64,000 bases of DNA from the human T2T-CHM13v2.0 reference genome, Homo sapiens, in NCBI RefSeq assembly GCF_009914755.1, contig NC_060935.1, one strand, 5' to 3'. Below, in pieces: positions 47,603 through 64,000 of the stretch. Positions within the stretch are counted from its first letter, which is position 1; each line of letters starts with the position of its first letter. The position numbers and the translations under genes are program-made. The notes below the pieces were generated by a model. It saw only the letters and a program-made list of their open reading frames with translations. It was not told the origin of the DNA and made no database searches.

Positions 47603-48799
47603 TTACTTTATTTTAATCTATGACTGTAATTATATGTGAAGTTAGTTTTTTTGTAAACAGCATATAGTTGGATCATGTTCCCCAATGCCACTTTTTTCTT
47701 CTTTTTAATTAATTCTGTCAATCTCAATCTCTTAAATGGTACCTTTAGATGACTAACTTTTAATGAATTTACTGATATGTTGGAATTTAAATCTGCAATT
47801 TCATTTTTTGCTTTTTGTTTGTTCTATTTTCAATCTTCTGTTTCCCCTTTCCTTTCTTCTTGTAGAATAAATATTTTTTAGAAATCAATTTGATCTATCT
47901 ATAATTTGTTTTAGTATACCTATTTCTGTATTTTTAAATAATCACCTCAGGGATTACCATACACATACATAGTCTTTTTGCAGTCTACTAGTATCAACAT
48001 TTTACCATCACCACTTCAAGGAGAATTATAAATACCTTGTTGCTATCAGTTCCTTTTCCTTTCCTTTCCCCGTTACAATATAGTTATCTCAAGTATTACA
48101 TTGAGAATTATAGAATATAATGTTATAATTTTTACATTATATGTTTATGTTTAATTAAACATAAGTAAAATTTTAAAAAATTTAAGAGGTAAATATATTT
48201 ATCCACATATCTACTCTTTGCATTGTCATTTGTTGTTTTCCTGATTCTCATAGTTTCCTTATATTATCATTTCTATCTGAAAAATGTTTTTAGCAAAGCT
48301 TTTGGAGTAAGTCTGCTGACAACAAATTCCCTTTGATTTTGTTCGTCTGAAAATAACTTTATTTTACTTTCATTCCTGAAGGATATTTTCACTGGTTAGA
48401 ATTCTGGAGTAATAGTTTTATTTGTTTTCATTATTTGAATAATGTTTTACCACTTTCTTACGGCCTCCTTGATTTCTGACAAGAGATATGCTATCATTCA
48501 AATTTTTTTTTTCTCTTATGGGTAGTGCATAATTTCTCTCTCTCTCTGCTTTCAAGATTATTTTGTCTTTAGTTTTCAAATATTTTATTATGATGTGTTT
48601 TGATATGAATTTCTTTGGGTTTATTTCGTTTGGCGTTCACTCAACTTCTTGAATCATAGGTTTATGTCTTTTACCAAATGCAGAAATTATTCAGCTATAT
48701 TTCTTTGAATGGTTTTTCAGTTTCACTCTCTTTCCCTTGTCCTTTTACGACCCTGCTGACACAGATATTACATCATTATTGTATACTGATGCTCTCTCC

Positions 48800-51144
48800 T
48801 CCCAACTCCCTGCAAGTCATAGGCTCAGATAATTTACAGGTGAGTTCAAGGAAGAGATAACCCTTGTGTTATACAGCATACAAGGGCAGATGTCTTCTCA
48901 AGTCACATTGTGAGGGAAGTATAACTTTGATTCCAAAATCCAGGTATAGGTATTACCCCCCAAAATAAAACTGTAGTCCTATTGTACTTATAAACGTAAG
49001 TACATAGATTCTAAATAGATGGTAAACTAAAACAAACAATGTATTAAATAATGCATCAATATTGTGTAGAATTTTTACCTGAAATGAAAAGGGAAAAAAT
49101 TATTGTCTCAGTAGATTCTGAAAAAAACTATGATGAAGTTTAAAACCTATTTATAATTGAAAGCTATCAAATAACAAGGAATTTTAAAAAATCCTTAACA
49201 TTATATAAAAAATACATCAAGCCTAATATTCAACAGGAAAACTTTAGATGTATTTTCTCTAATGTCAGGAATAAAATGAGGATGTCCACTATTATTGTTA
49301 CAGCTCAACAAAGTATTGGAGGTCTTGGAAGATATAATAAAAAACAAAAAGGATGTAAAAGGTATAGCATTAGAGAGAAAGGAGATACAACTCTTATTAT
49401 ACATAGATGATAAGATTATCTACACAGAAAATATTATAAAACCAGGCTATTAGGACTAATAAGAGACTTCTAAAAAAGTTATAGTGTTCTCCTACTTAAG
49501 TGATAATTACAAGAAAATAAAAATTATAATATTCTAAATAGCATAAAAACTTATGATACATATAAAATTAATGGAACTCTATAGCTCCTTGTGGAAAATT
49601 TGAAAACCCAAAAAGACATAAATGAAGAGTTATCCTGTATTTGAATAAGTTAATATGACAAATATAAAACTTTTCTTTCAAATTTAAATTCAATGAAATT
49701 TAAAATTAATTTTTTCCTAAGTTATTTTTGAAAAAAATCAACAAAATGAAAACAAAGTTCATACTTAAAATTCAAAGTTTTGAATGAATAAGCCCATGGC
49801 TAAGTAAATTTCATAAAAAAGTAAAGAAATGTAACTACCATATAATCTATCAGATATGAAGACATACTGTAAGGCACAGGAATTTAAAACAAAATGTGAT
49901 ACTGCTGTAGAAATATAAAAATAAAACATACAGTTTAAATACCAGCCATGTATGTAGATGAATAATATATTATGGAAGTGCCAACAAAATCAGTGGAGAA
50001 AATATTGATTGTAAATTGGATGGTGGAAGGACAACTGGCTCACTCTATGCAGAAGAGTAAAGTTGGATTTTTTTATTGCATGCCATTTACAAATGTGAAT
50101 GGCAGATGAATTAAAGGCCCAAATGTAAAAAGTAAAACTGTAAAGCTAATAGAAAAAAAAACAAAAACAAAAAACACCACAGACTATTCTTATGACCTTC
50201 TTAGTGAGGAAGAACTTCTTAAACAAGACCACAAAAGCACAAAACGAACTGTGGAAAATTGGTAGATTTGAGTGAAACCACTTTGGAGAACTGCCTGGCA
50301 GTTTCTTATAAAGTTAAACATGTGATTACCACATGAACCAGCAATTCCACTCCTAGGTATCTACCCCCAGTAAATTAAAACATATGTCTACACAAAAACT
50401 TGTACATAAATGTTCTTCGTGCTTTATTTTTATAAAAGTCCCAAACTGAAAACAACCCAAATGTCCATCAGCACGAGAATGGATAAATACACTGACAAAC
50501 ACAACATGGATGTAGCTCCAAAACCTTATCCTAAGTAAAATAAGCAATACAAAGGAGTACATATGGTATGATTCCATGTAAATACATTTCAAGAACATAC
50601 TAAACCAACCAACTGTAATAGAAAATAGGTCAATGGTCTTGAGGCCAGGATCTATCATACTTGAAATGGGTATAAGGGAATTGTTTGAAGAGATGAATAT
50701 GTTCTATGTCATGATTGTGTGGTGGTTATGTCGGTAATTTATTTGTCAAAAATAATCATATTGTACACTTTAAAGGTAGTGTATTTTACTGTGTGGGAAT
50801 TATACCTCAAAGAAGTAGATTTGGAAAAACATTATTAAGCAAAATTTATGAATCTGACTATATCAAAGTATATGATTATTGTTCCCTAAAAACACCATAA
50901 ATAATATCAATAGAAATGAGCCTTGGATTAGATGGGTGACAGATTGGAAGAAGATATTTCAATGTCAAAAACTGAAGAGATTAATATGTACGATAGTCAA
51001 ACCATCGAAGAACTTTGTTAATCAACAATAAAACTGAGAAACTCAATAGAAAAAAAAGGGAATGGTAATAACTTGGAAATTCACAGAGGGGAAATTTAAG
51101 TAATCTATAAATAAATAAGGAAATGCTCAACTTCACAAGTAATT
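48800..51144 (+). mobile_element. Ancient L1ME-type fragments (host of the L1PA4; resumes at 57645)
   Basis: Decayed ORF2-like A-rich sequence continuous across the L1PA4 TSD. Confidence 0.6.
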
Positions 51145-52196
51145 AGAAAAATAAAATCAAGAGGATAGGAGCCAAGATGGCCGAATAGGAACAGCTCCGG
51201 TCTACAGCTCCCAGCGTGAGCGATGCAGAAGATGGGTGATTTCTGCATTTCCAACTGAGCTACCAGGTTCATCTCACTGGGGAGTGCCAGACAGTAGGTT
51301 CAGGACACTGGGTGCAGCGCACCGTGAGCGAGCCGAAGCAGGGCGAGGCATCACCTCACCTGGGAAGTGCAAGGGGTCAGGGAATTCCCTTTCCTAGTCA
51401 AAGAAAGGGGTGACAGACGGCACCTGGAAAATCAGGTCACTCCCACCCTAATACTGAGCTTTTCCAATGGGCTTAGAAAACGGCACACCAGGAGATTATA
51501 TCTCGCACCTGGCTCGGAGGGTCCTAAGCCCACGGAGTCTCGCTCATTGCTAGCACAGCAGTCCGAGATCAAACTGCAAGGCAGCAGCGAGGCTGGGGGA
51601 GGGGTGACAGCCATTGCCCAGTTAGTTGTTTGATTAGGTAAACAAAGCGGCTAGGAAGCTTGAACTGGGTGGAGCCCACCACAGCTCAAGGAGGCCTGCC
51701 CGCCTCTGTAGGCTCCACCTCTGGGGGCAGGGCACAGACAAACAAAAAGATAGCAGTAACCTCTGCAGACTTAAATGTCCCTCTCTGACAGCTCTGAAGA
51801 GAGTAGTGGTTCTCCTAGCATGCAGCTTGAGATCTGAGAATGGGCAGACTGCCTCCTCAAGTGGCTTCCTGACCCCCGAGTAGCCTAACTGGGAGGCATC
51901 CCCCAGTAGGGGTGGACTGACACCTCACATGGCCTGGTACTCCTCTGAGACAAAACTTCCAGAGGAACGATCAGACATCAGCATTTGCGTTTCACCAATA
52001 TCTGCTGTTCTGCAGCCACCGCTGCTGATGCCCAGGCAAACAGGGTCTGGAGTGGACCTCTAGCAAACTCCAACAGGCCTGCAGCTGAGGGTCCTGTCTG
52101 TTAGAAGGAAAACTAACAAACCGAAAGGACATCCACACCAAAAACCCATCTGTACGTCACCATCAGCAAAGACCAAAGGTAGATAAAACCACAAAG

Positions 52197-53212
52197 ATGG
52201 GAAAAAACAAAGCAGAAAAACTGGAAACTCTAAAAATCAGAGCACCTCTCCTCCTCCAAAGGAACACAGCTCCTCACCAGCAACGGAACAAAGCTGGACG
52301 GAGAATGACTTTGACGAGTTGAGAGAAGAAGGCTTCAGACGATCAAACTACTCCGAGCTACAGGAGGAAATTCGAACCAATGGCAAAGAAGTTAAAAGCT
52401 TTGAAAAAAAATTAGATGAATGGATAACTAGAATAACCAATGCAGAGAAGTCCTTAAAGGACCTGATGGAGCTGAAAACCAAGGCACGAGAGCTACATGA
52501 TGAATGCAGAAGCCTCAGTAGCCGATGTGATCAACTGGAAGAAAGGGTATCAGTGATGGAAGATGAAATGAATGAAATGAAGCGAGAAGAGAAGTTTAGA
52601 GAAAAAAGAATAAAAAGAAATGAACAAAGCCTCCAAGAAATATGGGACTGCGTGAAAAGACCAAATCTAGGTCTGATTGGTGTACCTGAAAGTGATGGGG
52701 AGAATGGAACCAAGTTGGAAAACACTCTGCAGGATATAATCCAGGAGAACTTCCCCAATCTAGCAAGGCAGGCCAACATTCAAATTCAGGAAATACAGAG
52801 AACGCCACAAAGATACTCCTCCAGAAGAGCAATTCCAAGACACATAATTGTGAGATTCACCAAAGTTGAAATGAAGGAAAAAATGTTAAGGGCAGCCAGA
52901 GAGAAAGGTCAGGTTACCCACAAAGGGAAGCCCATGAGACTAACAGCTGATCTCTCAGCAGAAACTCTACAAGCCAGAAGAGAGTGGAGAACAATATTCA
53001 ACATTCTTAAAGAAAAGAAGTTTCAACCCAGAATTTCATATCCAGCCAAACTAAGCTTCATAAGTGAAGGAGAAATAAAATCCTTTACAGACAAGCAAAT
53101 GCTGAGAGATTTTGTCACCACCAGGCCTGCCCTAAAAGAGCTCCTGAAGGAAGCACTAAACATGGAAAGGAACAACCGGTACCAGCCACTGCAAAAACAT
53201 GCCAAATTATAA
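52197..53212 (+). pseudogene. L1PA4 ORF1, frameshifted just after the ATG
   Basis: 1016 nt instead of 1017; 297-aa downstream ORF. Confidence 0.88.
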
Positions 53213-53275
53213 AGACCATCGAGGCTAGGAAGAAACTGCATCAACTAACGAGCAAAATAACCAGCTAACATCATA

Positions 53276-57466
<4,191 letters not shown>

Positions 57467-57789
57467 TAGCGGGGAGGGATAGCATTAGGAGATATACCTA
57501 ATGCTAAATGACAAGTTAATGGGTGCAGCATACCAACATGGCACATGTATTCATATGTAACAAACCTGCACGTTGTGCACATGTACCCTAAAACTTAAAG
57601 TATAATAATAATAAAATAAAATAAAAAAAGAAAAAGAAAATCAAAACAAAATATCAAAAACATTTTCTATATGGTAAAAGCTAAAGTCATATAACACCAA
57701 ATACTGTGCTGGAACGAGAGAAACGAGAATCTTCATGCTGCTCACAGTAGTAAAGACTGGTATAGCCATTCTAGAGATAAATCTGGAAG

Positions 57790-58345
57790 TATTTTAATCA
57801 ACAAATATTTAAACTATTTTAAGGGCTAGGAAATCAGCAGTGAGTGAACAAAACATATAGAAATATTTGCCTTCCTTAAGCTTATAATCTAGTGGACAGA
57901 GAAAACAGCAAACAAAATGTTAAACTAAGGTATGTTAGATGGTAATAAGAGGCATAGAAAAAATAAAGACAGGATGAGAGTAAAGTAGGTGGTCAAAAGA
58001 AAAGGAAACAATTACAAGTTTAAATTTGGTGGTTAGGGAAGACCCTATTGAGGAGGAGACATTTGAGCAAAGCCCAGTGAGAGATAAATCACATGTATAC
58101 CCTGGAGAAGAGAGTCCTAAGGCAGAGTTCATGGCAAGCACAAGGACATAAGTGGAGAGCATGCTTAAGATATTTAAGGAAAGCAAGGTTAGTGTGGCCT
58201 GATCTGAGGAAATGAAGAGGAGAATAAGAGAAGATGCAGTAAGAGAGGTAAATTGGAGGAGATAGAAAAGGGCCTTGTAGGTGTTTTGACAACTTTGTAT
58301 TTCACTCTGAATAGGATGGGAAGTTATTCAGTGGTTTTGTGGAAG
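57790..58345 (-). mobile_element. L2 fragment
   Basis: ggtggttagggaagaccctattgaggaggagacatttgagcaaag. Confidence 0.7.
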
Positions 58346-60860
58346 GGATCCTTGTAGAAATTAGATATGTATATGGTCTAACAGATAGCAATTCCACTCC
58401 TGGCCAAATTTGACAGAAACCTCAGTAGATAGATACATAGTAAGACATACACAAGAATGTTTTCCTCGGGTTTTTTTTTTAAGAGTGAGGAATAGGAGGT
58501 TCTTGAGTCAGCCATCACTAGGGGGAATGAATGAGTAAAACTCTTGAAATAGAAGGAATGAATAGCAGTTACGTATAGTGTCATGGATAGATCTAAATAG
58601 TATTGAGTGAAAAAAAGGAAAGAGAATGAGACCTACTGCACAGTTCAATAAATAAATTTAAAATACAAAAAAGTACAAATGGCAATGCTAAAAGTTTCCA
58701 AGACACAATTATCCAAGGATATTTACCGATTAGGTGTCTATGAAGGGGTAGTGAAAAAGAAATGAGAATCAAGGTTGTAAATGAAAAATACATATTTTTT
58801 TTTAAAAAAATAAAAGGTTATGGGAAGTTAAAAAAAGATTATCTGCAATTTTACATTCCCTCTGACAAAACCAGCAGCCTAGTTGTCTTCTTCTTTAAAA
58901 AATATAAGGAATTTCAAAGATTAAAAGTGTATATTGAATAATGTAGCAAATCACCATGTAGCCATCATCCAGCCCTCCAGATCAATCTATGGTCAATCTC
59001 CATAGGTTCACAACCTATCCTCTTTCTTCCCTTTGTTTTTACCTAGTTTTTGAGCTTTTCAAATCAACTTTGATATATAATTTATATACTAAATATACCA
59101 TACTAAGTATACTAATATAATGTATATAATAAAATACATCATATAAGTATATTCATACTAATAAAATGCATCCATTTTATGTGTACATTTTGATAATTTT
59201 TTAGTATAATCATCACCTCAAACAAGTTATAGAACATTTGCATCACTCTAAAATAATTGCTACAGCCTCATTCCAGGCAATCTCATATCACCACCTCCAG
59301 GCAACTGATGATCTGCCTTCTGTCACTATACATTAGATTTGTCTTCTTGATTTAGCTCAGAAACAACATGAAGTGTCCATTGTGTTCATGTTTTCCTTTA
59401 AATCCTTGTACATATTTATAATATCTTGAAGTATTTTCTGCTACTTTTATCTACACATCATTTATGTGTTTGTTTTAAATGTCTGATTTTTCTCCAGGAT
59501 ATGAGCCACATGTTTCTGCTTTTCCACATGACTAGTAATGCTTGATTATACGTGAGATATTTAGAATGTTACTTGTTGAGTGTCTGGATTTTGTTGTGTT
59601 TATGTAAACAGTGTTGGGCTTTATTCTGGCCGGGAGTTACTTTAATTCCAGAATAGTTTGATCCTTTGAGGCTTGTTTTTGAAACGTTGTTAGGGTGGTT
59701 TTAGACTCTTAATTCTAGGGTGATTTCAGTGCCACAGTAAATAATGCCCTTTCTGCGGTCTCTGTAGAATTCTCCAACTGTTTTAATGAGAACTTTCACT
59801 TGTCTGGAGGGAATTTGAATGTCTCCCAGTTCTGTGTGAACGCTGGTAGCTATTCTTCAATTTATTGATTAATTGATTATTCTTTAGTTGTTATTCTTTA
59901 CCCAGCCTTGTGTGATCTTATCCTATTCATTCACTGCTTAATATTCATACAAAACTTAAGGAGACTCCTTTCCAGATTTGTGGAACTTGTTTCTCAGCGT
60001 AATACCTTCTCCCAAGTACTCCAGCCTGCCTATTCCAGATATCCGAGCCTATCCAAACTTGGATATCTGTCTTTTTAACTTTGTAAGAACACTGCTCTGC
60101 TCACAAACCCACCTCTCAGTTTTATGCTCTGGAATGGGTGTCCAAGCAGAAAGAAAAGATAATTGTTAGGCTTACCTAATTTTATATCTTCTCATAAGGT
60201 TGCAGTCTATATGTGCACTATATTTGTGTCCTATATTTTGACCAATTTTATTGTTATTTAAAGTGAGAAAGCTAATCTGATGCCATTTACTTCATCATAG
60301 CCAAAAGCAGAAATCTCTGGTAGCAAGATTTTTAGAAGAATAGTTAGTCTGTGGCAAGGGCCACTAGTGTATATTCTTCTATGTCCTCAATTATTTTTAC
60401 CGGTATAGAATTAACACTAACTTATGATTGTACCAGAGTTTAAATTTCTCTTGCAGTACTTTGAGGCTAATATCAGACATATTTTATTTGCACATATTTT
60501 ACTGTATACCTTTAAAAGGACCCTTGAAAAATAACCATAGTTCTACTATCATAGCTAAAAATTTCAACAATAGTTCCTTAATACCATCAACTATCTAATG
60601 TTCAAATTTCCAATTGCTTCATAGGTGTCTTTTTTTTTACAGTTTCATAAATTTCAGAATTCAAACAAGATTCACAAAGTATAATTGTTGATTTGCCTTT
60701 TAAGCTTCTTTTAATATCCATGTTAACTTTCCATTTCTTTTGTTTTTATTTTGACATATATTGTTTTTGCAGAATCTAGGTGTTTGTCTTGTTTGTCCTG
60801 GGTGTTCCTCACTGTATGGATTTTGCTGATTGCATTTCTATCACTCTTACATGATATAGT

Positions 60861-61282
60861 TGCTGTGGCTTGAGTGTATCCCATCAAAAACTCATATTGA
60901 AATTTGATTTCCAATTGACGGTGTTGGAATATGGGGCCTGGTGGTAGGTTTTTGAATCATAGGGGCCTACCCTCATGAATTGATTACTGCTATGTCCTGG
61001 GAGTGAGTTCTCACTCTCTTAGAAATGGACTAGTTCCTGCCTGAGCGGGTTGTTATAAAGCAAGGCCAGCCTCTTGTGTGTGTCATTTTGCACATGCATC
61101 CTTCCCTTTCACTTCTCTGTTATTTTATGATGCAGCACAAGGCTGCCACCAGAGGCCACCAGATGTGGGCTCCAATCCTGAACTTTATACCCTGCAGAAC
61201 CATGAGCTAAATACATCTCTTTTCTTTGTAAATCATCCAGTCTCAAGTTTTCTGTTATAGCAACACAAAATGAACTAAGTCA
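60861..61282 (+). mobile_element. MaLR solo LTR (MSTB-like)
   Basis: TG...CA termini; end ttctgttatagcaacacaaaatgaactaagtca; 5-bp TSD atagt/gtagt. Confidence 0.85.
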
Positions 61283-61335
61283 GTAGTTTAACATGTTCCT
61301 TTGTTAAGTGCTACTTGTAAATTGATAATTGATAA

Positions 61336-61653
<318 letters not shown>

Positions 61654-62383
61654 GAGAAGTAACAATTTATAATAATTTATGTTTCCATTCATGAACATAT
61701 TGCCCTTTATTTTTTAAGTTCTAATTTTATTATCTGCACAGTTTTATGGGTTTTCTCAATTAATGAATTGGACATTTATTAGTTTTACTCTTTGGTTCTT
61801 TACGGTTTTTCTCTTGCTGTTGTGTTTAGCCTCCATTTTAACTTCCTGTGGTTAGTCAGTTTGCTATTGGCCTTGTGATTGTTGCACAAACCTCACTGTC
61901 CACATTCCTTCAAGGATTCAGAGGAATGGCTATATGAAACATTGGATACCCTGTTTGTGGTATGGAAATGCTTTTCGAAGGATTCCCCAAATAACCATGA
62001 AGGTCAAATAAATGCAATGTGCCCATTGCAGATGTCTGTGTGTTTGCATGCTCATGTGACCTTTGCTTGCGTTATTGTTGCTCGTTTAAGGCTTGAGATT
62101 TGTTAGTCTCCCTTTAGCCACTTATGCACAGAATTAACAGGTTCAGTCTGAGAGTCTAAGAGGTCTTTACAAAGTTTCGTTTCTGATCTTAAGCCAAGTA
62201 ATTGCACTGCCCTGGATTCCATCAGAAGTTATGGAATCAGGCTCTGTCTTTCATTCCAAGGGTGGGTGAGCCACAACTGCCTGAACCTTTGTTTTCAAAC
62301 AGAAATTACAATACCTATTTTGACCAAATCATGTGGTTGTTGTAAAGAACAAATGGATTGATGTATTTGAAATTGTTCTTTAA

Positions 62384-62862
62384 TAGCACTGTCCAATACA
62401 AATATAATGAGCCACATATGTAATTTAAATTTTTCTAAACCACATTCAATAAAAGTGTGAAGAAACCAGTGAACTTAATTTTAATGATATATTTTATTTA
62501 ACCCAACATAACTAAAATATTATCATTTCAAATATTAAGGAGATACTTTACATTCTCTTTACTAAGTTTATGAAATCTGGCATATTTTACACTTACAGCA
62601 TATCTCAATTTGGATGCTAACTTCTCATCAGAAATACTTGATACGTATTTAGATTGCATAATGTAGTTGATTAAATAGATTCACATCCCTAAATCTCCGC
62701 AAGCCTAAAAAGGTTTTCTGTAGCTGAATCGAATATCAGTTTTTAAATTTAAATTAATTAAAATGTAATAGAATTAGAAATTCAGTTCCTCAATCACATC
62801 AGCTACATTTCAGGTGCTTAATTCCTACAGCTGGCTTGTAGCTTCCATATTGGGCAGTGCTG
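62384..62862. mobile_element. hAT-Charlie non-autonomous DNA transposon (MER33/Charlie1-like)
   Basis: TIRs tagcactgtccaata / tattgggcagtgctg; typical internal sequence. Confidence 0.8.
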
Positions 62863-63652
62863 CTGTATGAACTGATGAGTTCTATAGATGTGACTGCCTT
62901 TACTAAAGTTCTCAAATCTCAGTTAGATTTTACATGGTTTCACTTTGATCCTCCACATGAGATAAATGAATTTCCTTTGCTTTGACCTACAAAAGAATTT
63001 TCCAAGGAAAACCTCCCAGCTTTCCCGACAACTGGACAGCAGATTGCTTCCATTTCAGTCATCCAAATTTACTTTGTCTAAGAGTTGCTACACATTCTGG
63101 GAAATAAATACATCTCTAAGAGTGGAAGAAGGCTGACCAAAATAGAACGCTTTTAAAAAGCTGAAAAATCGATTCCTGGTAGTAATGCAATCTGGAGTAC
63201 ATGAAACGATTAGCACAGGGGAGCAGCCCACAGCGAGGTCAGGATCTATTCTGAGCCATGGAAAATCAAGCTCCATGTGACTTCGGTACATTACCAAGAG
63301 CAAACTATGATTCCAAGCAAGGCTAAACCCATCATCTCAGGGTGAGGTGCATTCTAGGGGGCGTCATCTCATACAGTTGGGACCTGCTAGCAGAAGTGAG
63401 TAAGGGCATCAGGGCAATGACCTAGGATACTCTACCTCAAAAAATTTTTTTTTAAGAATTCATCACAGAATGAATACTAGAGTATTTCTCTTCTTCTTCT
63501 AAGTGGAATAATAGAATAGGAATGTTTCACAGCTATTCCTTACCTCTCTAGGGGATCTTTTGAAAGAATCTGCTGCCTTCAGTCAGATTAGATGTTTTGA
63601 ACAAATACGTACCTGGCACTCACCATGTTTCAGACATTGTTCTAAGCTTATT

Positions 63653-63971
63653 TTTTTCTTTTCTTTTTTTTTTTTTTTTTTGAGACAGAGTCTCACTCTG
63701 TCGCCCAAGCTGGAGTGCAGTGGCATGATTTCACCTCACTGAAACCTCCATCTCCTGGGTTCACGCGATTCTTGTGCCTCAGCCTCCTGAGGAGCTGGAA
63801 TTACAGGTGCCCGCCTCCACGTCCAGCTAATTTTTGTATTTTTAGTAGAGATGTAGCTTCAGAGATAGGGTTTCACCATGTTGGTCAGGCTGGTGTCAAA
63901 CTCTTGACCTCGAGTGATCCACCCACCGCAGCCTTCCTAAGTGCTGGGATTACAGGTGTGAGCCATGTGTG
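63653..63971 (-). mobile_element. AluS with small internal insertion
   Basis: TSD taag(c/g)ttattt; extra gtagcttcagagat at 63852-63865. Confidence 0.88.
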
Positions 63972-64000
63972 TAAGGTTATTTAAATGAACTAATTTAACC

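Larger units (their letters stand above)
43640..48760 (-). mobile_element. Old L1MC/MD-type LINE pieces interrupted by Alus and (TA)n
   Basis: Antisense 3'UTR, ORF2 and ORF1-like sequence. Confidence 0.7.

Overview
Primate genomic DNA, almost certainly human because it carries a pre-Ta L1HS. It is AT-rich, dominated by repeats, and has no recognisable host protein-coding exon, RNA gene or prokaryotic system. All long ORFs derive from LINE-1. The main object is a near-full-length pre-Ta L1HS insertion at 17491-23454. It has a 3.3-kb twin-priming 5' inversion, an 11-bp TSD at a TCTT/AA endonuclease site and a 17-nt 3' transduction tag. The inversion splits ORF2 almost without loss: the EN-containing half (+ strand) and the RT-containing half (- strand) point away from a central 5'UTR, and the L1 antisense promoter and an intact ORF0 now face the RT half. 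Also present: a full-length L1PA4-like element with an AluY inside it, an old near-full-length L1MA, L1PA15/16 and L1M fragments, 12 Alus (two nested), MIR/L2/CR1, MaLR LTRs and two DNA-transposon fossils. Smaller structures include a micro inverted triplication, a templated 80-bp insertion and a repeat-poor CpG-retaining block near 38.2-38.9 kb. Subfamily calls and old-repeat boundaries are from memory of consensus sequences, not from a search.
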